From: Clostridia bacterium
GTDB taxonomy: Bacteria > Bacillota > Clostridia > Oscillospirales > Acutalibacteraceae
Assembly: GCA_017474125.1 (NCBI GenBank)
Contig: JAFVIF010000076.1
Span: 9,739 to 73,738 of the forward strand
DNA length: 64,000 bases
Direction: 5' to 3'
The notes beneath the pieces were generated by a model. The model was not told where the DNA came from. It made no database searches and saw only the letters and a program-made list of their open reading frames with translations. Positions 1-9,208 of the stretch are shown here, one piece after another; within the stretch, counting starts at the first letter, position 1; every line of letters begins with the position of its first letter. The position numbers were made by a program, and so were the translations under genes.

Positions 1-1
1 A

Positions 2-214
2 TCGGCGGTCAGCCATTTAGAGGAAATTTTTGTCAGCGAAAAGCAGGCCATACGCTTTTCAAACGGCGGCAAATTAAGCTTTGACCGACTAAACAGGGAA
101 ATTACGCCCGACACACACTATCGTATAAAGTATAAGGATACCTTCATCGGTATCGGCTATGCCGATAAGGAAGAAAGGGAAATTCGCATAAAATGCCTTA
201 TTAATCCTATGTAA
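2..214 (+). CDS. truB: tRNA pseudouridine synthase B, C-terminal fragment (5' end lies outside the window)
   Basis: The frame is open from the window edge to TAA at 212-214. It translates ...AIRFSNGGKLSFDRL...IGIGYADKEEREIRIKCLINPM, which resembles the TruB C-terminal PUA-like region. The classic truB-ribF adjacency supports the call. Confidence 0.55.
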   Translation, partial: SAVSHLEEIFVSEKQAIRFSNGGKLSFDRLNREITPDTHYRIKYKDTFIGIGYADKEEREIRIKCLINPM

Positions 215-230
215 AAAAAGGAGGGAAGCT

Positions 231-1097
231 ATGAATAATACAGCCATTGCCCTTGGCACCTTCGACGGTGTACATTTAGGGCACGTTGCCGTGTTGCGCG
301 CCGCCGCCGAAAGCGGTTTTGAATCGGTTGCCGTTGCTTTCAGAGTTCCTCCAAAGTCTTTTTTTACTACCGACGGAATTATTCTTACCCTTGAAAAGGA
401 AAAAACCCGCCTTATAAAGGAAACGGGCATTAAAAAAATTGATTATATTGACTTTCCCTTGGTAAAGGACGTTTCTCCAAATGATTTTTTTGATTCCTTA
501 GTAGATAAATACTCCCCTGCATTTATAGCTTGCGGCTATGATTATACCTTTGGTAAGGGTGGCAAGGGCGACACAAAGCTACTTGAAGCCTTGTGCTGTG
601 AAAAAGGAATTAAACTAACGGTTATAGACAAGGTTACCCTTGACGGCGAGCCGATTTCAAGCAGTAGAATACGCACACTTTTAAAGAACGGTGACGTAAA
701 AAAAGCCGCCTCCCTTTTGAAAAGAGATTTTTCCGTTGTCTCCGAAGTGCTTCACGGGGACGAGCGCGGCAGAACAATAGGCTTTCCCACCTTTAACCAG
801 CTTTATCCGAAAAACGTTGCCTTAGTAAAATTCGGCGTTTATATGACCAAGGCGGTAATTGACGGTAAAGAATATTTTGGTATGACAAATATTGGTATTC
901 GCCCCACCTTTCCCTTAAATTCTCCCCTTTGCGAAACCAATCTTTTCGACTTCACAGGTGATTTGTACGGAAAAGCCATAAGGCTTTATCTTTTAGATTT
1001 TATAAGAGAAGAAAAGCGTTTTAATTCTGTCAGTGAATTAAAGGAAGCGCTGATAAGGGATAAAAATACAATACTTGAAAAACAAAAAAATCGGTGA
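231..1097 (+). CDS. ribF: Bifunctional riboflavin kinase / FMN adenylyltransferase
   Basis: The N-terminus GTFDGVHLGHVAVL is the nucleotidyltransferase motif. The C-terminal GDERGRTIGFPTFN...GMTNIGIRPTF is the riboflavin kinase signature. A GGAGG RBS lies upstream. Confidence 0.9.
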   Translation: MNNTAIALGTFDGVHLGHVAVLRAAAESGFESVAVAFRVPPKSFFTTDGIILTLEKEKTRLIKETGIKKIDYIDFPLVKDVSPNDFFDSLVDKYSPAFIACGYDYTFGKGGKGDTKLLEALCCEKGIKLTVIDKVTLDGEPISSSRIRTLLKNGDVKKAASLLKRDFSVVSEVLHGDERGRTIGFPTFNQLYPKNVALVKFGVYMTKAVIDGKEYFGMTNIGIRPTFPLNSPLCETNLFDFTGDLYGKAIRLYLLDFIREEKRFNSVSELKEALIRDKNTILEKQKNR

Positions 1098-1113
1098 TAT
1101 CACCGATTTTTTT
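1084..1113. terminator. Perfect 30-nt palindrome, likely a bidirectional intrinsic terminator overlapping the ribF stop codon
   Basis: AAAAAAATCGGTGAT|ATCACCGATTTTTTT, with A-run and T-run flanks. It sits between convergent genes. Confidence 0.7.
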
Positions 1114-1132
1114 ATTATAGTATGATTGCATT

Positions 1133-3265
1133 TTATTCAACGTATTCGTGCTTTTGCATATAAAGGGTAAAGTCGCCCGTTATATTTTCGCCCTTTATGT
1201 AGGTACCGTAAATGGGGTCGTGAACAACCTTAAAGCGGTCGTCTATTGGGGGTGCTATACCGTAATGATTACCTGTAGCACCAACAACGGCATCGTTTTT
1301 GCAGTATTCCTCGGGGAACAGACAAACCGTTGCATTTTCAAGTCCCGAAACGTTTATTTTTCTGCGGTATTTTCTGTTGCCGGGAACGCCTTCTCTTACC
1401 GTAACAATACCCTTTTCCTGCTGAACGTAAACGCGACATTCAAGGTGCTCGCATCTGCCGAAGCGGTATTTTGCCATACCGTTTTCAATAATAGCGTCAC
1501 TTCCTATAAATACGGGCATACCTAAGGGGAATTTAAGGAACATATCAAGGGCGGTGGTTTGGTTATAAAGGGAGAAGAACAACGCGTTATCGCTGTTAGC
1601 AATAGTCATTGTAGTGGTCTTTTTGCCTTGGTGCGGATTATTAAAGTCAATACAATAACCAAATTCCTTTAGCTTTTCTCTAATAACGGTAGGAGCATCC
1701 TTTTCAACGTCCACCTTAATTGCGTTTATATGGGAAGCCGCTTCAATATACTCGCTTGTGCCGTAAAGAATAACTCTGCCGCCATCCTTAATAAAGGCTT
1801 TAAGCTTATCCTCAATTTCCCTTGTTTCGGGAACGGGGGTAACAATAATGCTCTGCTTATAAAGTTCAAGGGGATTTTTAAGGAAAATGTCGGTAGAAAC
1901 AACACAGTTTAAGGGGAAGGAATTGTTAATAGCATCAACAATATACTTATCACCCTTATACATTTGCTTAATTACCCTTTCGTCATAGGCGGTGCTGTAT
2001 TCCCTTACGGGGTATAAAAGCACCAATGGCGCAGGGCGGTCGCCCGCGTTCTTTTTAGCCTTAATAAGGTGCGGCAAGGGTTCATTTACACAGGAATCGG
2101 GCATTTCGCCAAATGAATTATCAATAGACAAAATACTAAGATTATCTGCCGACTGTACCTTGCCCTCCTCGGTGATACGGGTTATAGCCATAGGCAAATA
2201 AATATCAATAGGCTCGCTTCCGTAGCGGTCGTACCAAGGAGAATTTACCCACCAAGGGTCGTGAATGTAGTAACGGAACAGAAAATCGTTTCCCGGCAGC
2301 TCGCAAATTCGGGTAAGGTGTCCCATTATTTCAAGGCCGTAATTGTCGTTGAGAGCGGCCCAAGGGGAATTTGGCGGCGGGTCGATATTAAAGCCGCCCT
2401 TATAAATATCGTAAATGGGCACAGCGTCGGTAGCATAGTCAACTCCTACGGTATTGTTGGTTCCTCTAACCCTTACGGGGAAATCGGGACAGCCCTCTCT
2501 GAAAAACTTCCAAAACTCAAAAACCTTTTTTCTCGTTTCTTTTAATTTTTCGGGGTGGAAGGTTTCACCGTCGTACACCCTGCCCTTAAGGCTCCACGGG
2601 TCGGCGGAAAAGCCGAAGCCGTTAGACAGCCAAACGAAATCCATTCCCATATCGCGTAAAAAGGCGTTACATTGCTTGCCCAAAAACAGACCCAAAGGGG
2701 TGTCCTGCGGAATACCGTTTGGATAAGCGGCGTAGGCTCTGTCGTCGGCATTAAGGGTGGCGGTACAGTCGACAAAGCCTAATTTATCAAGGGTTTGTCC
2801 CGTACAAATTTCGGTATGGCGCTTATACTTAAAGTCGGACTCGGCAAACTCGGGGCCGATATCAAAGGTGTCGCCCACGAGTATTTTTGCATTGGGAAGC
2901 GCCTTTTTACCCTCCTCCTTAAACAGCTCAACAATCCTCTTCATAACGCCGTAGGTTATAACGGGAGGATTTTTTGTATAATGATATTTATACTTATGAG
3001 GGCTTACGGCATCGTCACCCGTAGGATTAAAGGGCAGATTAGCGGTGCCTATATAACGGCACCACTCAATTTGTGCTTCCATATCCTTATTATATTCAAG
3101 AATTTCACTGCCGTCAGCCGCCCAAAACATTATGGACACGGTTTCACAGTTTTTAATTAAAGGCCTCCACTGTTCAAAAACACCTGCGCAAATGCCCCTT
3201 ATAAAATCGTCGTCGGTTTTAATAAAGGGCTTAAAGCTTATTTCAAGAGTTATATGCTTATACAT
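1133..3265 (-). CDS. Hypothetical cytoplasmic protein (710 aa), possibly glycoside-hydrolase-like; co-operonic with the sugar isomerase
   Basis: Long ORF with an ATG start and a GAGGTG RBS, and no signal peptide. It starts 17 nt downstream of the isomerase gene. I do not recognise the family by eye. Confidence 0.6.
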   Translation of the reverse strand: MYKHITLEISFKPFIKTDDDFIRGICAGVFEQWRPLIKNCETVSIMFWAADGSEILEYNKDMEAQIEWCRYIGTANLPFNPTGDDAVSPHKYKYHYTKNPPVITYGVMKRIVELFKEEGKKALPNAKILVGDTFDIGPEFAESDFKYKRHTEICTGQTLDKLGFVDCTATLNADDRAYAAYPNGIPQDTPLGLFLGKQCNAFLRDMGMDFVWLSNGFGFSADPWSLKGRVYDGETFHPEKLKETRKKVFEFWKFFREGCPDFPVRVRGTNNTVGVDYATDAVPIYDIYKGGFNIDPPPNSPWAALNDNYGLEIMGHLTRICELPGNDFLFRYYIHDPWWVNSPWYDRYGSEPIDIYLPMAITRITEEGKVQSADNLSILSIDNSFGEMPDSCVNEPLPHLIKAKKNAGDRPAPLVLLYPVREYSTAYDERVIKQMYKGDKYIVDAINNSFPLNCVVSTDIFLKNPLELYKQSIIVTPVPETREIEDKLKAFIKDGGRVILYGTSEYIEAASHINAIKVDVEKDAPTVIREKLKEFGYCIDFNNPHQGKKTTTMTIANSDNALFFSLYNQTTALDMFLKFPLGMPVFIGSDAIIENGMAKYRFGRCEHLECRVYVQQEKGIVTVREGVPGNRKYRRKINVSGLENATVCLFPEEYCKNDAVVGATGNHYGIAPPIDDRFKVVHDPIYGTYIKGENITGDFTLYMQKHEYVE

Positions 3266-3281
3266 AACCTACACCTCTTTT

Positions 3282-4727
3282 TTATCTTACAATAACAGAC
3301 TCGATACCGAGAACGTCGGCAATTTTCTTAATTGTATCTGCGTGATGGCCTATGCCGAGTGCATAATGATGGGTGGGTCCCTCCATTACCCAACGCTTAA
3401 TAAATTCCTTGGTGGTAGGCTCAAAGAAGCCTCGGGTATTAGTGTTTCCCGTAGGAGGAATGGGGCCCTTTTTGGATTCACCCTCACCGATAACAAACTT
3501 AAAGCCGCCGTCGGCCTTTTGGGTAATACCGAGCATTGTAATAGGGCCTTCCTTGATTTTGAATTCAACGCTTGCGCCGCTTCCCGGCTTGCCGTGGAAT
3601 TTGGTAAGGCTACGTAAAACAGGCTTGCCCTCGGCAATGGCAATATGGTGAGGACCGTCGTGGCCTACCAAAATAAAGTCCTCCTTAAAATCGAAGGGAT
3701 GGAACTCGGCAAAGCTTCCGCCTATACCAAGCTTATCCATAATAAACATTGCTATAAGGGTTTTAATATCAAACTCACCGCACATTGGTGTGCCCTGCGC
3801 GTTAAGAATAGAGTTACCTGCTATAAAGGAGGTGGCAACCTCACGCTGAATGGAGCCTACCTCGCCCTCGTAATAATAGGCAAGACCCGACAGATTATAC
3901 TTTTCAACAAATCTGTCCAGGGCGGCGGCTCCCTTTGAAGCGTGAATCAAATCCTTTTCGGTAAGCTTCATTGTAACGGGGTCGCTTTTGGGGTCGGGCA
4001 TATCGAATTCTTCACAAATAATCTTTTTCTTTGCTTCTATTTCCTCTTCGGTCAAAGCAACGTATTCTCTCACAATATCTTCAATTTCCAAAAGAGGCAC
4101 GTGAACACCGAAGGCGGCGGAAATAGCGGTAGGATCGGCGTGCATATCGTACATTGCTTCAAGCACGTGTCCCATAAGAGCGAATCTCGCGCCCTTAAGT
4201 CCGTTAAGCACCTTAGCAATGTCGCACCATTCGGCAACCTGCTTTTCGGCCTCGGCATCGTTATAAAGACAGCCGATAATAACGTCCTTAACGGGGCGGC
4301 CGAGTCTTATGGCAACACCGGTAAATTCAGGCACCGAGCATATATTGTCGTTTTCAAGCTGCATATAGGTACAGGCCTTAGTATAATCCATAGCCATTAA
4401 GGGCTGTAAGGCAACGAGAACAATAGGTGCCTTGGTGTTCTGTACAATGGGTGCAAATACGCTTGAGGTGGCATAGGTAATCATATTACAGAAAATAACG
4501 TCAATTTTATCCCCTGCAATAAGATCGGCAACCTCAAAGGCGCGGGCATTACTGCCCACAATACCGTAGTCAACAACCTCTACGCCGTTTTTTTCTACAA
4601 GCTTTATTGTATCGGCGTGGTATTTTTTAAGAGAAGCCTCAAGACCCTCAAACTGGTCAAAATAAACTGCGTGCACTACCGAGAAAAATGCTATTCTTCC
4701 CTGACGCTTTACTTTTCTTTCTATCAT
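3282..4727 (-). CDS. L-arabinose/L-fucose isomerase family protein
   Basis: 481 aa. The N-terminal pattern (RIAFFSVVHAVYFDQFEG...DVIFCNMITYATSS...PIVLVALQP) is typical of the AraA/FucI-like isomerase superfamily. Confidence 0.7.
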   Translation of the reverse strand: MIERKVKRQGRIAFFSVVHAVYFDQFEGLEASLKKYHADTIKLVEKNGVEVVDYGIVGSNARAFEVADLIAGDKIDVIFCNMITYATSSVFAPIVQNTKAPIVLVALQPLMAMDYTKACTYMQLENDNICSVPEFTGVAIRLGRPVKDVIIGCLYNDAEAEKQVAEWCDIAKVLNGLKGARFALMGHVLEAMYDMHADPTAISAAFGVHVPLLEIEDIVREYVALTEEEIEAKKKIICEEFDMPDPKSDPVTMKLTEKDLIHASKGAAALDRFVEKYNLSGLAYYYEGEVGSIQREVATSFIAGNSILNAQGTPMCGEFDIKTLIAMFIMDKLGIGGSFAEFHPFDFKEDFILVGHDGPHHIAIAEGKPVLRSLTKFHGKPGSGASVEFKIKEGPITMLGITQKADGGFKFVIGEGESKKGPIPPTGNTNTRGFFEPTTKEFIKRWVMEGPTHHYALGIGHHADTIKKIADVLGIESVIVR

Positions 4728-4822
4728 GGTTATCCATCCTTTCCTCTTGATTTTAGCACAAATTCATAGTATAATCTATCTACATTGTAAAGATAAATTA
4801 GCACAAAATAAAGGTGAATTAT

Positions 4823-5671
4823 ATGAATTTCAGTGAAATTAATCCCTTCGGCAGGTACGTGCGCTATTTGAAAATAACCGAAAACAGCTCCTTTAATACG
4901 GTGCTCCCTCTTGACTGCCGCCTTTTTTACGTTAAAAAGGGCGTAGGTAAAATAAAAATTGATAACGAAATTTTTACTTTACCTATGGGAGCCCTGCTTT
5001 ATATTAATTCCTTCGTGCCGTATACCCTTTTAAAAAGCGACGTAAGGTATTTGGCAATTAATTTCGACTTTACAAATCGGCATTCACATTTAACCACTCC
5101 CCTGCCTCCCATACCCGTAAGCCGAAAGGAGGAGTTTTCCCCTGTAGAATGCGTAACCTTTGAGGATGCGCCCTGCTTTAACCGTTTCCTTTTTTTGGAA
5201 AATGCATCGGCATTACTTGAAGCCTTCGAGGAGGCGGAGGTAGAGTTCACCGAAAAGCCGCCCTTTTACAATTTAAAGAACTCTGCGCAAATAATAAATA
5301 TTTTAACCTTTCTTTTCAGAACAGCCGAGCTTGGCTCTTCAAACGAAAAGGGCTTTGATGCCGAAAAAGTTGCCCAATACATACGCGACCATTTATCGGA
5401 GGAGCTTAACGGTGATACCCTTGCCGAGCATTTTCATTTTCATAAAAACTATATAAGCAATCGCTTTTGCCGTCATTACGGCAAGCCGATTCATTCCTAT
5501 ATTCTTGAAATGCGTATAACCAAGGCAATTTCCCTTTTGGAAAGCGGCAGAAGTAATATCGGTGAAATAGCCGCCAAGGTAGGCTTTTGTGATCGCAACT
5601 ATTTTGCCCGATATTTTAAAAAGGTAACCGGCACCACACCCCGCGCCTATTTACAAAAGCATAAAAAATAA
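4823..5671 (+). CDS. AraC family transcriptional regulator (N-terminal cupin-like sensor, C-terminal HTH)
   Basis: The C-terminus ...IGEIAAKVGFCDRNYFARYFKKVTGTTPRAY is the AraC HTH signature. ATG 4823 is preferred over GTG 4814 because of the AAAGGTGA RBS. The gene is divergent from the isomerase operon. Confidence 0.85.
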   Translation: MNFSEINPFGRYVRYLKITENSSFNTVLPLDCRLFYVKKGVGKIKIDNEIFTLPMGALLYINSFVPYTLLKSDVRYLAINFDFTNRHSHLTTPLPPIPVSRKEEFSPVECVTFEDAPCFNRFLFLENASALLEAFEEAEVEFTEKPPFYNLKNSAQIINILTFLFRTAELGSSNEKGFDAEKVAQYIRDHLSEELNGDTLAEHFHFHKNYISNRFCRHYGKPIHSYILEMRITKAISLLESGRSNIGEIAAKVGFCDRNYFARYFKKVTGTTPRAYLQKHKK

Positions 5672-5712
5672 TAAAAAATGTTACAAATTGTAATTTTTGT
5701 GCATTTTTAACA

Positions 5713-5741
5713 TTGATTATTTGTTTAATATATGTTATTAT
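5713..5741 (+). promoter_or_regulatory. Sigma-A-like promoter for the first dockerin protein gene
   Basis: TTGATT, 17-nt spacer, TGtTATTAT (extended -10), about 40 nt upstream of the TTG start. Confidence 0.45.
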
Positions 5742-5777
5742 AGGACCGTTGAAATAAAAAATTAGGGAGTTTTTGCT

Positions 5778-7547
5778 TTGAAAAAAAGGATTTTTTCAAT
5801 TATTACAGCCGCTTTAATAATTGTTACAATGCTTGTTACCTCTTTGCCTGTTAACGCTTGGGTGCAATGGCTAAAGCCCAGTGACCTGAAGGGCAGTGAC
5901 TTTACCGACGTACCCGCCTTTGCCGCCGCTCTTGACGACGTTTTCGCAGGCGACGTTGATTTATTCACAAGCTCTTCCTTTACCAAGGAGGTTTCCCTTC
6001 CCTTAGGAAGCCGAATGAGTATGAACAACGCTTATCATATGAGAAGTGTAACCCGTAACGTAAAAACCTACGGCTGGACATGTTTTATTTATTCTAACGG
6101 TGCCTTTAACCGTCTTTTCGGTGAATACGTACACCGCGGCACCGGTCTTAAAAACTGTTACATAGCCGTTGGCAAGGGTGCTTCCAAAATGACCTATGAT
6201 CTGCTTGCAAATGCCAACATTAAAACCGGCGCCTATATCCGTACCTCGCCAAAATCCGACGGCTCCTACTACGGAAACGACGGACACTCTATGATTATTT
6301 TGGCCTATGATGAAAAGTATATTACCTACCTTGAGGGTAACGGTGACGGCAAGGGCTTAGTAAGAGTAACCAAGCGTACCTACTCCGAATTCAACTCGGC
6401 TCAGCTTACCGGCAGAGGCAGAAAAATCACACATATTGTTCAACCCACCGACGAATGGTTTAACGAGCTTTACGGCAACAGTCCCGAGGAAAACACCTAC
6501 ACCGTTTCCTACGACGCTAACGGCGGTTTTGGTAATATGGACTCCTGTACCGTACCCTATAACGGCGAAATTTCCCTTGCTTCAAATGGATTTGACCGCA
6601 ACGGCCACATTCTTTCGGGCTGGGCGCTTAAGCGCGATTACGACAACGCTTGGCTCACCGAGAACGGTTGGGTTAAGGAGGAAAGCCTTGGAGAGCTTTC
6701 TCCCACCACCTTTGCCACCGACGGTACAATTCCCCTTGATGCTTCCCTTATTAAGGACACCTACGGCAACGTAGCCTTTACCGCTTACGCCGTTTGGGCT
6801 GATTCTCCAAGACTGGAGCTTGCTTCGGTAACCGTTATTGACGACAGCTTTAAACGGGAATTTTATCCCATTGGCTCTCAAGGCTCTTTAAGCGGCGCAC
6901 AGCTTGAATTTACCTTTACCACCGGCGATAAGGTAAGGGTTACGGTTAATGACAGCTGTAACAACACGCTGCCACAAAGCTTCCGCCTTAAGGGCAACGA
7001 CTACAGCTTTTATATTGACAGCGATATAAAGGCAGAGGGCGACAACCCCTGCTACGTAAGAATAGAAAACTTTAAGGCTACTGTTATAAGCCTTTACGGC
7101 GGTAAATCCGTTAAGTCGGCTCGTATAGTATCCTCCCCTTCTGTTTCAACGGGAGAAAATGCCGAGGTTGAATTAACCTATTCCGACGGCACCACAGAAA
7201 CCATTGTCGCAACCGAATTTATTCCTAACGAAAGCCAAAGCGAGGCAATCGGAGGACTTATGAAAACCAACGGCGGCTTTGCAATAAGCTGGACCTACAG
7301 TGCAAAGGTAACCGATGACACAGTAACGGTAACCTTCCCCTGCGGCTTTACGAAAACGGCAGAAAACGGCGACTTTAATATGGACGGTCATTTCGACACT
7401 ACCGACCTCGCTTCCATTAAGCTGTTGCTTTCCTTCCTTAACGACGACCAGTATAACGCCTACTGTGCCGCCGACTTTAACGGTGACGGCGAGCTTTCTA
7501 CCGTTGACCTTGCAGCCTTAAAGCTTACCCTTGCAGGCGTTTATTAA
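5778..7547 (+). CDS. Secreted papain-like (Cys/His) hydrolase-domain protein with a Listeria-Bacteroides repeat and a C-terminal type I dockerin
   Basis: TTG start with a TAGGGAG RBS and a signal peptide (MKKRIFSIITAALIIVTMLVTSLPVNA). Candidate catalytic Cys (GWTCFIYS) and His (DGHSMIILAY). Flg_new-type repeat YTVSYDANGGFGNM...GHILSGWA. Dockerin Ca-loops DFNMDGHFDTTD and DFNGDGELSTVD. Confidence 0.8.
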   Translation: MKKRIFSIITAALIIVTMLVTSLPVNAWVQWLKPSDLKGSDFTDVPAFAAALDDVFAGDVDLFTSSSFTKEVSLPLGSRMSMNNAYHMRSVTRNVKTYGWTCFIYSNGAFNRLFGEYVHRGTGLKNCYIAVGKGASKMTYDLLANANIKTGAYIRTSPKSDGSYYGNDGHSMIILAYDEKYITYLEGNGDGKGLVRVTKRTYSEFNSAQLTGRGRKITHIVQPTDEWFNELYGNSPEENTYTVSYDANGGFGNMDSCTVPYNGEISLASNGFDRNGHILSGWALKRDYDNAWLTENGWVKEESLGELSPTTFATDGTIPLDASLIKDTYGNVAFTAYAVWADSPRLELASVTVIDDSFKREFYPIGSQGSLSGAQLEFTFTTGDKVRVTVNDSCNNTLPQSFRLKGNDYSFYIDSDIKAEGDNPCYVRIENFKATVISLYGGKSVKSARIVSSPSVSTGENAEVELTYSDGTTETIVATEFIPNESQSEAIGGLMKTNGGFAISWTYSAKVTDDTVTVTFPCGFTKTAENGDFNMDGHFDTTDLASIKLLLSFLNDDQYNAYCAADFNGDGELSTVDLAALKLTLAGVY

Positions 7548-7555
7548 AATCAAAT

Positions 7556-7598
7556 AAAAAATACTGCAGAAGCAAAAACGCTTCTGCAGTATTTTTTT
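7556..7598 (+). terminator. Intrinsic terminator
   Basis: An 18-bp stem, AAAAAATACTGCAGAAGC / GCTTCTGCAGTATTTTTT, followed by a T-run. Confidence 0.85.
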
Positions 7599-7669
7599 GC
7601 ATTTTTAAAAGTGTTTTAAGTTTGTAACCGCTCGTTACCAAATAGTAACCGAATGAAACAAAATCGTAA

Positions 7670-7698
7670 CTTGACAAATTATTTTGGATGTGCTATAA
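7670..7698 (+). promoter_or_regulatory. Sigma-A promoter for the NlpC/P60-dockerin gene
   Basis: TTGACA, 17-nt spacer, TGcTATAAT (consensus -35 and extended -10). Confidence 0.65.
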
Positions 7699-7781
7699 TA
7701 TGTGCACGGCTGTGTACACCTTTCAGCCATAAAACGTTTTTTCGCGCTTTAATGCGCCTTATATTCGGAGGTTTAATTATG

Positions 7782-9026
7782 AAAAAGCTACTCTCTGTAG
7801 CGTTGGCGGTCTTATTGATAATCGGTATAATGCCTATTATTTCTACCGAGGTTTACGCTGCCGACTACAGAATTGAACAGGCTATTGAATGGGCAACCAA
7901 AATAGCCAACGACGATACCCACGGATACAGTATGTCAAGCCGTCACGGCCCCAATTACGACTGCTCCTCCCTTGTGAGCTATGCCTTTAAAAATGCAGGC
8001 TTCGCCATTAAGGGCGTTCCCAACAGCAGCAGTATGATTTCCGCATTCTCCAAGGTAGGCTTTAAGGCCTACAAAACGGGTACGGTAACCCCCCGACGCG
8101 GTGACATTTACGTTCAGCCCGGCAGTCACGTTGAGCTTTACATAGGCAACGACACCTGTATCGGCGCCCACGAAAACACCGACGGCAAAAGCGGTGACTC
8201 CAAGGGCAACGAAATTGATATCAGAAACATTAGCAAATGCTCTTGGTGCAGAAACAAAAAGTACACCTACATATTACGTTATGAGGGTCCCGAAACCTAC
8301 ACCTATTCCTTTGCCTATAACACCCTTGAAAACCAGAATTATATTAACGGGTTTGAAGCTCTTTTAAGCAAGGACTTTACCGTTGACTGTAGTGTAGAGC
8401 GCGAAGGCTACACCCTTTCGGGTTGGACGGTACAGCGCAAGCGTGACAACAAATGGCACACCGAAAACGGCTGGAGTACCGAGGAAGAAATTTTCACAAG
8501 CGAAGGTGCAAAAACCGTTTTCACTAACGGCACCACCCTTACCTTCAGCGAGGAATGGACCTCCTCCTACAGCTGTGATACTCAGTTTGTATTTTACGCC
8601 GTATGGACTCCACATACCTACGAGGTAGCCTTTGATGCATGCGGCGGAAATAACGCTCCTGCACCTCAAATTAAGCTTCACGGCAGCGATATGACGGTTA
8701 CCACCGTTATCCCCACCAAATTTGCAACCCAATTTTTAGGCTGGGCCGAAACCCCGAATGCTACCGTTCCCACCTATTTACCCGGCGCCGCATATTACAC
8801 CAATGCTCCCGCCACCCTTTATGCAGTATGGGGTGAATCTAAGGGCGATATATATGCCGACGGAAAATTAGACACCTCAGACTTTGCATTATTTAAAATT
8901 ATGCTTTCAGGTGTTGCTTCTATAACTGCTGATGAGGAAAGAATTGCCGACGTTAACTTCGACGGCGTTTTCAATACTACCGATATGGCGATTATGAAGC
9001 TTATGCTTGCAGGCATTAACCCTTAA
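7782..9026 (+). CDS. Secreted NlpC/P60-family cell-wall hydrolase with a Listeria-Bacteroides repeat and a C-terminal type I dockerin
   Basis: Start moved to ATG 7782 (GGAGG RBS; signal peptide MKKLLSVALAVLLIIGIMPIISTEVYA). NlpC/P60 signature NYDCSSLVSYAF...GDIYVQPGSHVELYIG. Repeat GYTLSGWT. Dockerin loops DIYADGKLDTSD and DVNFDGVFNTTD. Confidence 0.85.
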   Translation, partial: KKLLSVALAVLLIIGIMPIISTEVYAADYRIEQAIEWATKIANDDTHGYSMSSRHGPNYDCSSLVSYAFKNAGFAIKGVPNSSSMISAFSKVGFKAYKTGTVTPRRGDIYVQPGSHVELYIGNDTCIGAHENTDGKSGDSKGNEIDIRNISKCSWCRNKKYTYILRYEGPETYTYSFAYNTLENQNYINGFEALLSKDFTVDCSVEREGYTLSGWTVQRKRDNKWHTENGWSTEEEIFTSEGAKTVFTNGTTLTFSEEWTSSYSCDTQFVFYAVWTPHTYEVAFDACGGNNAPAPQIKLHGSDMTVTTVIPTKFATQFLGWAETPNATVPTYLPGAAYYTNAPATLYAVWGESKGDIYADGKLDTSDFALFKIMLSGVASITADEERIADVNFDGVFNTTDMAIMKLMLAGINP

Positions 9027-9109
9027 AGGTATAAAAACAACCCCTGCAACGGGAGTTGTTCTTAGGGATAAACCGCCTAAAGAATCAATTTTTTACAGTC
9101 TAATATGTT

Positions 9110-9148
9110 AAAAAGCCGTGGTATGCGTCAGCATTACCACGGCTTTTT
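9110..9148. terminator. Bidirectional intrinsic terminator
   Basis: AAAAAGCCGTGGTA...TACCACGGCTTTTT, a 14-bp stem with A/T runs on both sides, between convergent genes. Confidence 0.8.
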
Positions 9149-9208
9149 GCCTTTTATTTCCACTAATAATTTATCTTTTTAGGTGCCTGCAGTTTTGTGA
9201 ATTTTTGC

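Noticed and set aside
1084-1113. The ribF terminator palindrome contains GTGATATCAC, the same heptamer pair as the hairpin arrays.
   Set aside because: It is a single perfect hairpin with A/T runs in a normal terminator position. It has no array structure and none of the conserved family module, so the resemblance is probably coincidental.
7653-7781. Upstream extension of the NlpC/P60-dockerin ORF.
   Set aside because: A consensus promoter (7670-7698) lies inside the extension. ATG 7782 has a GGAGG RBS and starts a proper signal peptide.
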